DNA of 64,000 nt, from contig OY970280.1 of assembly GCA_963715865.1 (NCBI GenBank), forward strand, positions 2,048,001 through 2,112,000, read 5' to 3'. This DNA is from Candidatus Bathyarchaeota archaeon (lineage in GTDB: Archaea > Thermoproteota > Bathyarchaeia > Bathyarchaeales > Bathycorpusculaceae). Position numbers and translations under genes: made by a program. Below the pieces are notes generated by a model. It worked only from the letters and a program-made list of their open reading frames with translations. It ran no database searches and had not been told where the DNA came from. Below are positions 1 through 8,046 of the stretch, one piece after another (the first letter of the stretch is position 1; the number at the start of each line of letters is the position of its first letter).

Positions 1-302
1 TTGCGCTGCACAATTGTTCTTATTTTAAGACTACCGCCATAGTCGTTTACCAAATCTTCTGTTCCGTCGTTGGAAGGTTTCACAACAACAACTACTTCAA
101 AGTTTGAGTAGGATTGATTACTCAATCCGTCAAGAACTAAGCTCAACAAGTCACGTCTCTTGTAGGTTGGCAAAACCACAGAAAAGAACGGCTCTTTTGA
201 CACTGGTGTAATCTGATTTTGTAAAGCGGAATCCTCTCTAGACACATTCGATGTGAATTGGGAGGAACTGCCAAGCAAAGTTGGTTCCGTTTCGATTTGC
301 AT
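1..302 (-). CDS. GT2 glycosyltransferase, N-terminal part (runs off window start)
   Basis: Manual translation: MQIETEPT...FFSVVLPTYKRRDLLSLVLDGLSNQSYSNFEVVVVVKPSNDGT, a GT2 N-terminal motif. Confidence 0.8.
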   Translation of the reverse strand, partial: MQIETEPTLLGSSSQFTSNVSREDSALQNQITPVSKEPFFSVVLPTYKRRDLLSLVLDGLSNQSYSNFEVVVVVKPSNDGTEDLVNDYGGSLKIRTIVQR

Positions 303-342
303 TGCATCGGTTGCCGTGCTCAAATCAGTAGTTACCTGAACA

Positions 343-702
343 TTGAATTGCTCATCTAAGAAGCGACTCTCTTTTTCTTTTCAACATGCTCTTCAAAAAT
401 TCGAAGAGTGGAAAATACTTATACTATTTATGAAGTTACAATATGAATCTCAGATAAGTTCGATTAATTTTCTAACTATGAAATCGCCCATTCAGCAAAT
501 GATATTTAAGTCCGCAAAAAAGAAAATGAGGCAGGGCACTTTAGTTCTACTTGCGATAGATATGTTAATTTGTGCTTTCATTATCGCTTTTGGCATAAGC
601 GCTATCAGTAAGAATCCTATGAATCTTCTATTGATACTTGGCTTTCTGCTAGCTTTCTCGCTCTTTTTTTGGGGGCTCTTTTCTATGGTTACAAAAACAT
701 GA
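343..702 (+). CDS. Small membrane protein (two C-terminal TM helices); true start uncertain
   Basis: ORF track; hydrophobic C-terminal half. Confidence 0.4.
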   Translation: MNCSSKKRLSFSFQHALQKFEEWKILILFMKLQYESQISSINFLTMKSPIQQMIFKSAKKKMRQGTLVLLAIDMLICAFIIAFGISAISKNPMNLLLILGFLLAFSLFFWGLFSMVTKT

Positions 703-734
703 GGGCTGTGGTCAAATTACTGTCCAAGGCATAA

Positions 735-1055
735 TGGCTCAAGAGCGCGAGCGAACTGACTGCTTCCGCGGCGAACCAGAGCAGAGAAAGGAAGGCGCTG
801 CTGCGTGTAGATCGGCGCTTCAGGACTCATGGTTCTGCAGGCAAACGTCAGATTTGCGCTCAGAGGGGAGCCATTGAGATGGTGAATTCCCGTTTGAAGG
901 AACAGTTCTGTCTTGAAAGGCATAGGGCTAGAGGCCTCGAAGGCATAACCATACACGCTCTGCTCTGTATAATCGCCATGCTCCTAAATGCATTAACAGC
1001 GTTAAGAATGAACAGACCGGAAAAAGCCAGATCCATCACTGCGCTCGCAAGATAA
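735..1055 (+). mobile_element. IS transposase C-terminal remnant (DDE, IS4/IS5-like superfamily)
   Basis: Open frame lacking its 5' part: ...RFRTHG..KRQICAQRGAIEMVNSRLKEQFCLERHRARGLEGITIHALLCIIAMLLNALTALRMNRPEKARSI; fits the R-x-x-IE-x-x-NS-x-LK DDE C-terminal pattern. Confidence 0.6.
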
Positions 1056-1163
1056 GAGAAATTAACACAAAGAAATCGATTTAGCAACGGACTGGCGCGC
1101 TAAAGTAATTAAAGTGCTGTCTTAACCAATTTACGAAAAGCAAGATAAAAGAAAGATAAACTG

Positions 1164-1325
1164 TTACTTTACTATTTCTCGTTTCTTCCAGCGCAGGTTC
1201 TTGCCTTTGCACTTTCTGCATTTCACTGCGGTTTCAGCATTTCGTGCGCCGCAGTCTCTGCAGATTTTCATGTACAACCTGTGCTTTTGCGCTATGGCTT
1301 TTTTGACTGGATCTAATATGGGCAT
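1164..1325 (-). CDS. rpl40e: 50S ribosomal protein L40e
   Basis: Manual translation MPILDPVKKAIAQKHRLYMKICRDCGARNAETAVKCRKCKGKNLRWKKREIVK (not in ORF track). Confidence 0.95.
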   Translation of the reverse strand: MPILDPVKKAIAQKHRLYMKICRDCGARNAETAVKCRKCKGKNLRWKKREIVK

Positions 1326-1453
1326 CTTATTGTTAACCTTCCATTTTGGCTAAGTCTTTGATGGTTAAGTATCAAATATACCTTTTGTCTAAACTTTACA
1401 ATTAATAAGAAAAAGCTATCTCAAGGCAAAAGCAATAAATTCAAAAACAGCCC

Positions 1454-1921
1454 CTATTTAATTTCCTCAATCGTAACATAAGAGCGCGTATCTTCTATTC
1501 CATCTATTGTGTAGAGTTTCTTTAGGATTTCGTCGAGGTTATCGCGCTCAACAATAATTAATGCATCTACTTCGCCAGCTATGCGGAAAGCTCTTGAAAC
1601 GGCAAGATCACGAATTTGCTCGTAAACATGTATTCGCTTAATCGGTGAAACTTTGAGGAGTATGAAGGCTGGAGTGGTGGATACGCCGAGAGCGTTCAAG
1701 CCTTTGTCAGTGACATCTATGAAGCCTCTGCCAGTGCGGATGTAACCGCGATTTTTGAGTTTACGCAAGTGCACGTTTAAAGCTTGCCTACTCACGCCTA
1801 ATTGGCTTGATAACTCGTCTTGCTTAACCCTCAGCGTATAGGTGTTTGTTGATTTTCCTTTCTCGTAGAGTGTTTTTAAGAGTTGAATTGAACGTTTAGT
1901 TAATGGTTCCAAATTGGTCAC
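1454..1921 (-). CDS. Lrp/AsnC-family transcriptional regulator
   Basis: N-terminal wHTH (ELSSQLGVSRQALNVHLRKL) plus C-terminal RAM-like domain (IAGEVDALIIV). Confidence 0.8.
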   Translation of the reverse strand: MTNLEPLTKRSIQLLKTLYEKGKSTNTYTLRVKQDELSSQLGVSRQALNVHLRKLKNRGYIRTGRGFIDVTDKGLNALGVSTTPAFILLKVSPIKRIHVYEQIRDLAVSRAFRIAGEVDALIIVERDNLDEILKKLYTIDGIEDTRSYVTIEEIK

Positions 1922-2268
1922 TTATGTCGTAGTTTGTTAAGTTAAAAGTTTACAATAGTGAGGTTGCTTAAGAATTTGATGCCTCAAACCAGCCAAAACA
2001 ATACAAAGACCAACCGAAAAAGGGCTTCCTTCTTTCCAAAATCCTTACATTTGGCTCTTTAAATAAGGGTTATAAACTTTTCACAAATATTTAGATAATC
2101 TGGCAATAAACTGCAACACATTACGCAAGCAAAAGCAGCAGTAAACAACCTGCAGCAACCAATTTGCAAACACCAGCCAGAACATTAAGCCAACACCACA
2201 ATGTATTTATTTTTAAAAAAAGCTTAAGTGAAGCCACCTAAAAAGTAAACTAGGAGTGAAGCGAGGAC

Positions 2269-2547
2269 GTGACAGAAACCAACGCAGTCTTAATCGGAAA
2301 AAAACCAATAATGAACTATGTACTTGCATGCATAACTACCTTCCATGGAGGAGCAAAAGAAGTAAGCATAAAAGCACGCGGAAGAGCCATCAGCCGAGCA
2401 ATAGACGTAGCCGAAGTTGTTAGGCACAGATTTCTCCCAGACGTAAAAATCAAAAGCATCGGTATAGGCACAGATCAGTTTCTACCTCAAGATGAAGGCG
2501 ACTCAGCAACAAATGTGAGCACAATAGAAATAAAATTAATAAGATAG
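2269..2547 (+). CDS. albA: Chromatin protein Alba
   Basis: [33 protein letters not shown] motifs. Confidence 0.95.
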   Translation: MTETNAVLIGKKPIMNYVLACITTFHGGAKEVSIKARGRAISRAIDVAEVVRHRFLPDVKIKSIGIGTDQFLPQDEGDSATNVSTIEIKLIR

Positions 2548-2598
2548 ATAAATCACGCAATAGCCAAACTCCTTATTTGCAGGAAAAACGACACACAA

Positions 2599-3108
2599 AT
2601 GAAAACGGAACTATGCAGTTTCTGCTTAAAAAGCGGCATACTATGCCAAAAATGCTCAGCTAAAGTTAAAGCTGGCGAAATCAGCCAGTTAGACCTGAAA
2701 ATAGCCCGTTTACTGCTCTCCCTAGAAGAGAAATATCCTTCCCTGCAAAATGTCTGCTTCTACAAAGCAGTTGAAGTTGAAAAAACATTAGCCATCCTCG
2801 TTGGACACGGAGATGTGCCAAGACTTTTAGGATATGGTGGCAAAATTATCAAAGCCCTAGGCGACGAAACCGGCAAAAACGTCCGCGTATTAGAGCAGGG
2901 TGTTGACGACCGCAAATTCCTAGAAGACCTATTCATACCCTTCAGCATACTAACAATCAACACGATTTGGCTTCCAGATGGAACCACCGAAACCAGAGTT
3001 ATCCTGAAGCGGAAACGTGGTGCACAGTTGCCTTTTGACGTTAAGGCTTTAAAGGAAATCGCCAGTAAAATACGTAAAATGTCCTTACGCGTAGAAATCG
3101 CAGATTAA
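2599..3108 (+). CDS. Archaeal NusA-like KH-domain protein with N-terminal Cys4 motif
   Basis: CxxC...CxxC then KH-like LLGYGGKIIKAL. Confidence 0.7.
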   Translation: MKTELCSFCLKSGILCQKCSAKVKAGEISQLDLKIARLLLSLEEKYPSLQNVCFYKAVEVEKTLAILVGHGDVPRLLGYGGKIIKALGDETGKNVRVLEQGVDDRKFLEDLFIPFSILTINTIWLPDGTTETRVILKRKRGAQLPFDVKALKEIASKIRKMSLRVEIAD

Positions 3109-3124
3109 GGATTGGCGATTAAAC

Positions 3125-4444
3125 ATGAACTTGGACTCTATTGGTGAATGGATTAGAACGCACTATACCAGTAACGTAACACCAGAAATTGATGGTCAAG
3201 AAGTAACACTTTTCGGTTGGGTTCAAGAAATCCGCGACTTGGGTGGAATCCGCTTCATTATACTGCAAGACCGAGAAGGAACAATCCAAATAACCATTCC
3301 AAAAAAAAGAATCCCACCTGAAGTTTTAGGCAAGTCGGATCTTCTGCAGAAAAGATTCAGCATAGCAGTTAAGGGAACAGTAAAAAAGACAAACATGACA
3401 CCAAGAGGCATAGAAGTAATACCTAACGAAATCAAAATATTCAGCACAGCCATAGAGCAATTGCCCCTCGACATCACAGGCAAAACTCCAGCCAACATAG
3501 AAGCACGTTTAGATGCAAGACCGCTTGACCTCTGCCGAGACCAAAACTTGGCTACATTCAAAATCCAGCACACTACCCTTGAGGCAATACGAAGTTTCCT
3601 ATTTCAGAAAGGATTTTTGGAAGTTCATACGCCACGAATCATTGCTTCTGCAACTGAAGGTGGAGCAGAATTATTCACTGTTGATTATTTCGGGCAAAAA
3701 GCATACCTCGCTCAAAGCCCACAACTCTACAAAGAAGAATTAACGCTAAGCTTCGAGAAGGTTTTCGAGGTTGGACCTTTCTTCAGGGCAGAAGAATCGC
3801 ACACGCGTCGGCACTTAAGCGAGTTCGTTTCCGTTGACATAGAAGAGGCTTTTGCAAACGCTCAAGATGTCATGCAACTTCTCGAACAAGTCATACATCA
3901 CGCTTGCACCACAGTAAAAGAGAAGTGTGTAAATGAGCTCTCGGTGCTCAAATACAAGTTTGAAGTGCCACAGATTCCATTCAAGCGTTTTACCTATGAC
4001 CAAGTTCTTGATGACTTGAAAAAGCAGGATGTAAAGGTTCCATGGGGTGAAGACATTCCCACGGAGGCTTTCAGAGTTTTAGGCAAGCTTTACCCGTTCT
4101 TTTACTTTATAACCGACTGGCCGACACATGCAAAGGCTTTCTACATTAAACCGCGCGAGGACAAACCTGAACTTTGTGAAGGATTCGATTTAATGTGGCG
4201 CTACATAGAGCTCGTTTCAGGTGGAACAAGAATTTGCCAAAAAGACCAGTTAATCCAAAGGCTAAAAGAGAAAGGATTGAACCCTGAATCCTTCAAATTC
4301 CACCTTCAAGCCTTTGATTATGGCATGCCACCTCACGCTGGATGGGCAATAGGACTCGAGCGGTTAACAATGATATTAACTGGGAAAAAGAACATTCGAG
4401 AAGTGACGCTGTATCCACGTGACAGAGTCAGGTTAACTCCCTAA
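3125..4444 (+). CDS. aspS: Aspartate--tRNA ligase, probably non-discriminating
   Basis: OB-fold, YLAQSPQLYK, FRAEESHT, GLERL; Pro in anticodon-domain loop (TPRG) and Q rather than W in GWVQE. Confidence 0.97.
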   Translation: MNLDSIGEWIRTHYTSNVTPEIDGQEVTLFGWVQEIRDLGGIRFIILQDREGTIQITIPKKRIPPEVLGKSDLLQKRFSIAVKGTVKKTNMTPRGIEVIPNEIKIFSTAIEQLPLDITGKTPANIEARLDARPLDLCRDQNLATFKIQHTTLEAIRSFLFQKGFLEVHTPRIIASATEGGAELFTVDYFGQKAYLAQSPQLYKEELTLSFEKVFEVGPFFRAEESHTRRHLSEFVSVDIEEAFANAQDVMQLLEQVIHHACTTVKEKCVNELSVLKYKFEVPQIPFKRFTYDQVLDDLKKQDVKVPWGEDIPTEAFRVLGKLYPFFYFITDWPTHAKAFYIKPREDKPELCEGFDLMWRYIELVSGGTRICQKDQLIQRLKEKGLNPESFKFHLQAFDYGMPPHAGWAIGLERLTMILTGKKNIREVTLYPRDRVRLTP

Positions 4445-4597
4445 TTAGTGTGCTCCACCCTACCTAACCTACTTTTTTGACCTATTTTCACTAGCTAAAA
4501 AGTAGCTACCCTACCTGCCTAGCTTTTTGCTAAGTGATTTCAGAAGCAAAAAGCATACCCCCTAAGCTGAAGTATGATTAAGGTACGCGTGGGAGGT

Positions 4598-6043
4598 TTA
4601 GCGTTTTGATTCTTGCAGCAGCTCTTGTATGTATTCGTTAACTGTTTTCTGGTGTTTTTTCGCTATCCTTTTTATGGCATTGTTTATGCCTGTAGAGTAC
4701 TGCACCGCTTTCTTAGGTTTATCCACCACCGAGCCAGGCATACCAGCATTCAAAGCAACTTTTCTTAGTACAAGCTTTCTTAGGGTATCCGTTTTCTTTT
4801 CAATTTTGCACTCAATCGGCAAGCTTAAAGCAAATTCAGCAAGCTCAAACGACGCGAAAGGCAAACGCAACTCCACATCATGGTAAGTGCAGATTTTCAG
4901 GTCACGCTCAAGATTGCTCTCATGAATCCCAACCACATCGTTGAACATTGTTTTTCGGACTTTTTCGCTTCCCTCGTTGCAGTATTCGTTGACATAGCGT
5001 TGGTAGCCTCCGAAAAGTTCATCTGCGCCCTGCCCAGCCAACAGCACCTTGAAACCTGCTTCAGCCGCTTTTTCTGCAGTCCAATAAAACGGCAAGCCGA
5101 CGCTGGCTTTAACTGGGTCAGGCTCTTCAATTAGCGCTATCACTTTTGGTAAGGTTTTTTCGACGTCAGAGTCTTTGAATAAATGGACCTGTAGGGGCAG
5201 ATTTAATTCGTCTGCAGCTTTCATAGCCTCTTCCGTTTCAACCTGATTCTCCAGACTCACATGAAACAGATTAACTTTTACTCCACACTTGCTCGCCAAA
5301 TAAGCCACTAAGCTGCTGTCTAATCCTCCTGAAAACGCGACTGCAACCTCCTTTAAGCCGTGCACTCGTCTCTGGATTGATTGCTCAAGAAGAGCTTGAA
5401 GCTTTTTCGCTGCTTCATCCATCGTTATCGGTTTAGGTTCTGTGTAAGTTAGTGTTTTGATTGGTTTGAACTGGAAACCTTCGCGATTGAAAAAAGCTAT
5501 GTTGCCCGGCGGAAAAGACAGCGGATTTTCTATTCCCAGCTTCCACAGGGCTTTTCGGTTTGTGGCAACGGCAGCGACATTTTTGTTTTCTCCGTAATAA
5601 AGCGGTTGAACTCCTACTGGGTCTCTTCCCGCCGCAATCCAACCATCCTTGAGCATTAAAAACGAATAGTCTCCATCCGTTTTCTCAATTAGCGTTTGCA
5701 GGATGGTTTCGCAATGATTCGGTTCCTTGGCAACCTGTTCCATAACAGCAGTTTTTGGCATAGGCGAATAGACTCTGCCTTCAAAGACAAGCGCTGCATC
5801 ATCCAACTTCAAAAACTCATAACCACTCTCCGATTTAGGTTTCGAGGAAAGATAGCCAACCATGGTTGATGAAACTAAGCCTTGTCTACTCATGATGTCA
5901 AGGTTTTTGTCTAAAAGACTCTTCGTTGGGGAAACTAACCCAAAATGTGAAGTCCGCACATCACCGAGTACTTTAAGTAATTCAAGAACCCGCTCAACTA
6001 CGTTATTGCGCTGCTTATCTAATACTGCAACAGTTACCTTCAT
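4598..6043 (-). CDS. Asparagine synthetase B-like protein (no N-terminal catalytic Cys)
   Basis: GRDPVGVQPLYY, PP-loop AFSGGLDSS, GQGADELFGGY; start taken at ATG 6043 (GAGGG SD). Confidence 0.85.
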   Translation of the reverse strand: MKVTVAVLDKQRNNVVERVLELLKVLGDVRTSHFGLVSPTKSLLDKNLDIMSRQGLVSSTMVGYLSSKPKSESGYEFLKLDDAALVFEGRVYSPMPKTAVMEQVAKEPNHCETILQTLIEKTDGDYSFLMLKDGWIAAGRDPVGVQPLYYGENKNVAAVATNRKALWKLGIENPLSFPPGNIAFFNREGFQFKPIKTLTYTEPKPITMDEAAKKLQALLEQSIQRRVHGLKEVAVAFSGGLDSSLVAYLASKCGVKVNLFHVSLENQVETEEAMKAADELNLPLQVHLFKDSDVEKTLPKVIALIEEPDPVKASVGLPFYWTAEKAAEAGFKVLLAGQGADELFGGYQRYVNEYCNEGSEKVRKTMFNDVVGIHESNLERDLKICTYHDVELRLPFASFELAEFALSLPIECKIEKKTDTLRKLVLRKVALNAGMPGSVVDKPKKAVQYSTGINNAIKRIAKKHQKTVNEYIQELLQESKR

Positions 6044-6088
6044 ACCCTCACACACCAACCACAACGTACAATCTGAAATATCATTGGT

Positions 6089-6105
6089 AAAACATTAATC
6101 TTTAA
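6089..6105. repeat. 17-bp direct repeat, left copy (AAAACATTAATCTTTAA)
   Basis: Exact match to 8013-8029. Confidence 0.9.
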
Positions 6106-6329
6106 CGATTTTCACGTATTTTTAATCAAGACTTTAAATGAGAAACGATTGGAAACTTAGGTGACCCCTCAATGATGGCATGTTGTTCTATGGCTGCCCA
6201 GCGGAAAGATAGTTGTTTCAAACGATTAAGCGGACAAAAAAATGGGTCAAAAAGCGTTTAGTGGAAGGAAAAAAGTTCGCATATTTTATTAACTAATCAA
6301 ATAGATAGAGAATAAAAGAGTGAAACGTC

Positions 6330-6926
6330 ATGGGTTCCTATCTTTTAATAATGCGTGAAATAGACGAGTTAGCGAGGGATGTATTGTCGCATTCAGAGTT
6401 CAGAGAAGCAGATGACATTTCTCGTTCACTCGCTATTGGCAACAAAAGTATGAGAAGAGAAGCAAGGTACCGCCTTATTGAAATCGTAAAGCCACCTCCG
6501 AAAAGACCACTTTCTTACGCTCAACAAGAAATCACGCATCTTCCTCAGGCGACAAGAAACAGCATTCGGTATCTCGGCGATTATATAGACCTTTTAGTAA
6601 AAGGCATGGCGTTCGAGCTTACAAAAGACCCTCGTTGCAAAAAGAGCTCTTTAGGCGCGAACGTTCGAAAACTAAATCCTGAGAGACATGCAGTTTCCTT
6701 AGAATTGATAAATAATCTGCGAAGATATGACTCTTTGTTCTATAATCCAGGCAAGCATGATTTTAGCATGCCGCCTCCTGGTCGAGAGCATCATTTCACT
6801 TCTATGGAAACAGTATTTGATGTTTTTGTCACTTTCAAACTTGCAGATGAAATTAAGAAAGCCTCTCAATTTGCCAACCTGATTAGCCTTGACAAAGAAA
6901 CCATTGAGGATTTTGAGGATTATTAA
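6330..6926 (+). CDS. Hypothetical all-helical protein, possibly HEPN-like
   Basis: ORF track; LRRYDSLFYNPGKHD resembles a HEPN N-x-x-x-H end motif. Confidence 0.6.
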   Translation: MGSYLLIMREIDELARDVLSHSEFREADDISRSLAIGNKSMRREARYRLIEIVKPPPKRPLSYAQQEITHLPQATRNSIRYLGDYIDLLVKGMAFELTKDPRCKKSSLGANVRKLNPERHAVSLELINNLRRYDSLFYNPGKHDFSMPPPGREHHFTSMETVFDVFVTFKLADEIKKASQFANLISLDKETIEDFEDY

Positions 6927-6930
6927 GAGG

Positions 6931-7090
6931 CATTTCAAGGTTGTAACCGAACAGGAACTTAGAAACTTTGCTAACGCAAGGATGGCATGGAGTTACTTGT
7001 CTACCTAGAGGAAAGATTGTAGTCAGCAAGAATAAGAGAAGAGTAAAACAATTATTGCCAACCAATTATAACAAACTTTATAATCAATAG
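6931..7090 (+). pseudogene. Frameshifted remnant resembling the C-terminal tail of archaeal tyrosine integrases
   Basis: FKVVTEQEL(+1 shift)ETLLTQGWHGVTCLPRGKIVVSK; family assignment is from recollection only. Confidence 0.35.
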
Positions 7091-7103
7091 AAAGGAATTA
7101 AGG

Positions 7104-7226
7104 GATAGACGTTTCCTATCGATAGCTCGTGAATAATAATTCGACTACTTGCACGGCGAACTGTTCCAAGTAATCCAATGTAACAGTTCCCGTGAGGTTT
7201 TTGGATTATTACTCACGTAACCTATC
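7104..7226. other. Nested inverted-repeat (hairpin/cruciform) element
   Basis: Arms 7128-7140/7205-7217, 7152-7165/7182-7194 and 7121-7125/7222-7226; small hairpin 7104-7120. Confidence 0.55.
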
Positions 7227-7254
7227 AGTTTTAGTCGCCTATTCGCCTTTCCAC

Positions 7255-7542
7255 TTATTTTTTCTTGTCGCTTGGATTCAGTACATACAGCTTCTTAACA
7301 CCGTTTGGCTCTACTGCTGTCCTTAAAACAATGTGTTTGAATTCTCCTCTTCTTTGCAATCGTCTTATTCCACCTCTGGCGGAGTCCAAATTGACATCTT
7401 CAGATGAGAAAACTACGGCAGTGCCCTTTTTTATGCTATTTAGAATGTCTCTATAAGGCGTATGTCTTGTTATTGCTTCTGGGACAACCTCCTCTGATAC
7501 TACAGTTAGGTTGGTTATGTCAAGTGCTGATTTCTTTGTCAT
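7255..7542 (-). CDS. Small basic protein, putative DNA-binding
   Basis: ORF track; own TATA (TATAAATA) and SD-like upstream; RGGIRRLQRRG basic helix. Confidence 0.65.
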   Translation of the reverse strand: MTKKSALDITNLTVVSEEVVPEAITRHTPYRDILNSIKKGTAVVFSSEDVNLDSARGGIRRLQRRGEFKHIVLRTAVEPNGVKKLYVLNPSDKKK

Positions 7543-7654
7543 TTATAATCGCCTTCGTATATGGTCTGCACTGTTATTTATAGTTAGTGCCTGTTGTGGT
7601 GTCTGGTTAGCAAATGCATTACTGCATTATTACAGTACAATTACCGCAATTTTA

Positions 7655-7921
7655 ACGCATTTTTAACGCAAAAGTGACGCAAAATTACGTTAACGCACAA
7701 CAACGCACGGATACGCATGTTATACGTATAATATACGCATAATATACGTACGAATTACGCATGGATTACTAAATGCACACATGCACGCGCGCACACACAG
7801 ACAACGCACAGATAATACACAACGCACGCTTAAACGCACGCTACAACGCACGGTCAAACGCACGTTACAGCATAACGGTCAAGCATAATGGTTGACCGAA
7901 CGCCAAAACTCACAAAACGCA
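7655..7921 (+). repeat. Phased ACGCA motif array
   Basis: 14 exact ACGCA copies on one strand, mostly 10-12 bp apart. Confidence 0.9.
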
Positions 7922-8012
7922 ACTAACGCGTCTTCAACGCTTCCAAAAGGCGAGTTCAATCGGCAAGACAGGAAAATTAAAACAAAATATCGAATCGCAA
8001 ATTTTTATCGAC

Positions 8013-8029
8013 AAAACATTAATCTTTAA
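8013..8029. repeat. 17-bp direct repeat, right copy; overlaps probable purB promoter
   Basis: Exact match to 6089-6105; ATTAAT lies about 25 nt upstream of the purB TTG. Confidence 0.9.
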
Positions 8030-8046
8030 TCTGTATATCCCTATCT

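Larger units (their letters stand above)
6089..8029. mobile_element. Putative degenerate integrated mini-element between asnB-like and purB
   Basis: Flanking 17-bp direct repeats, non-housekeeping content, repeat array, possible integrase tail. Confidence 0.55.

Noticed and set aside
7104-7232. Hammerhead ribozyme in the hairpin element (minus-strand CTGATAG ... GAAAC GTC)
   Set aside because: The core should be CUGANGA with stems I-III in register; CUGAUAG and the stem layout do not fit
7655-7921. CRISPR array or coding low-complexity repeat
   Set aside because: The unit is 5 bp with 5-7 bp spacers, there are no cas genes and no convincing ORF on either strand
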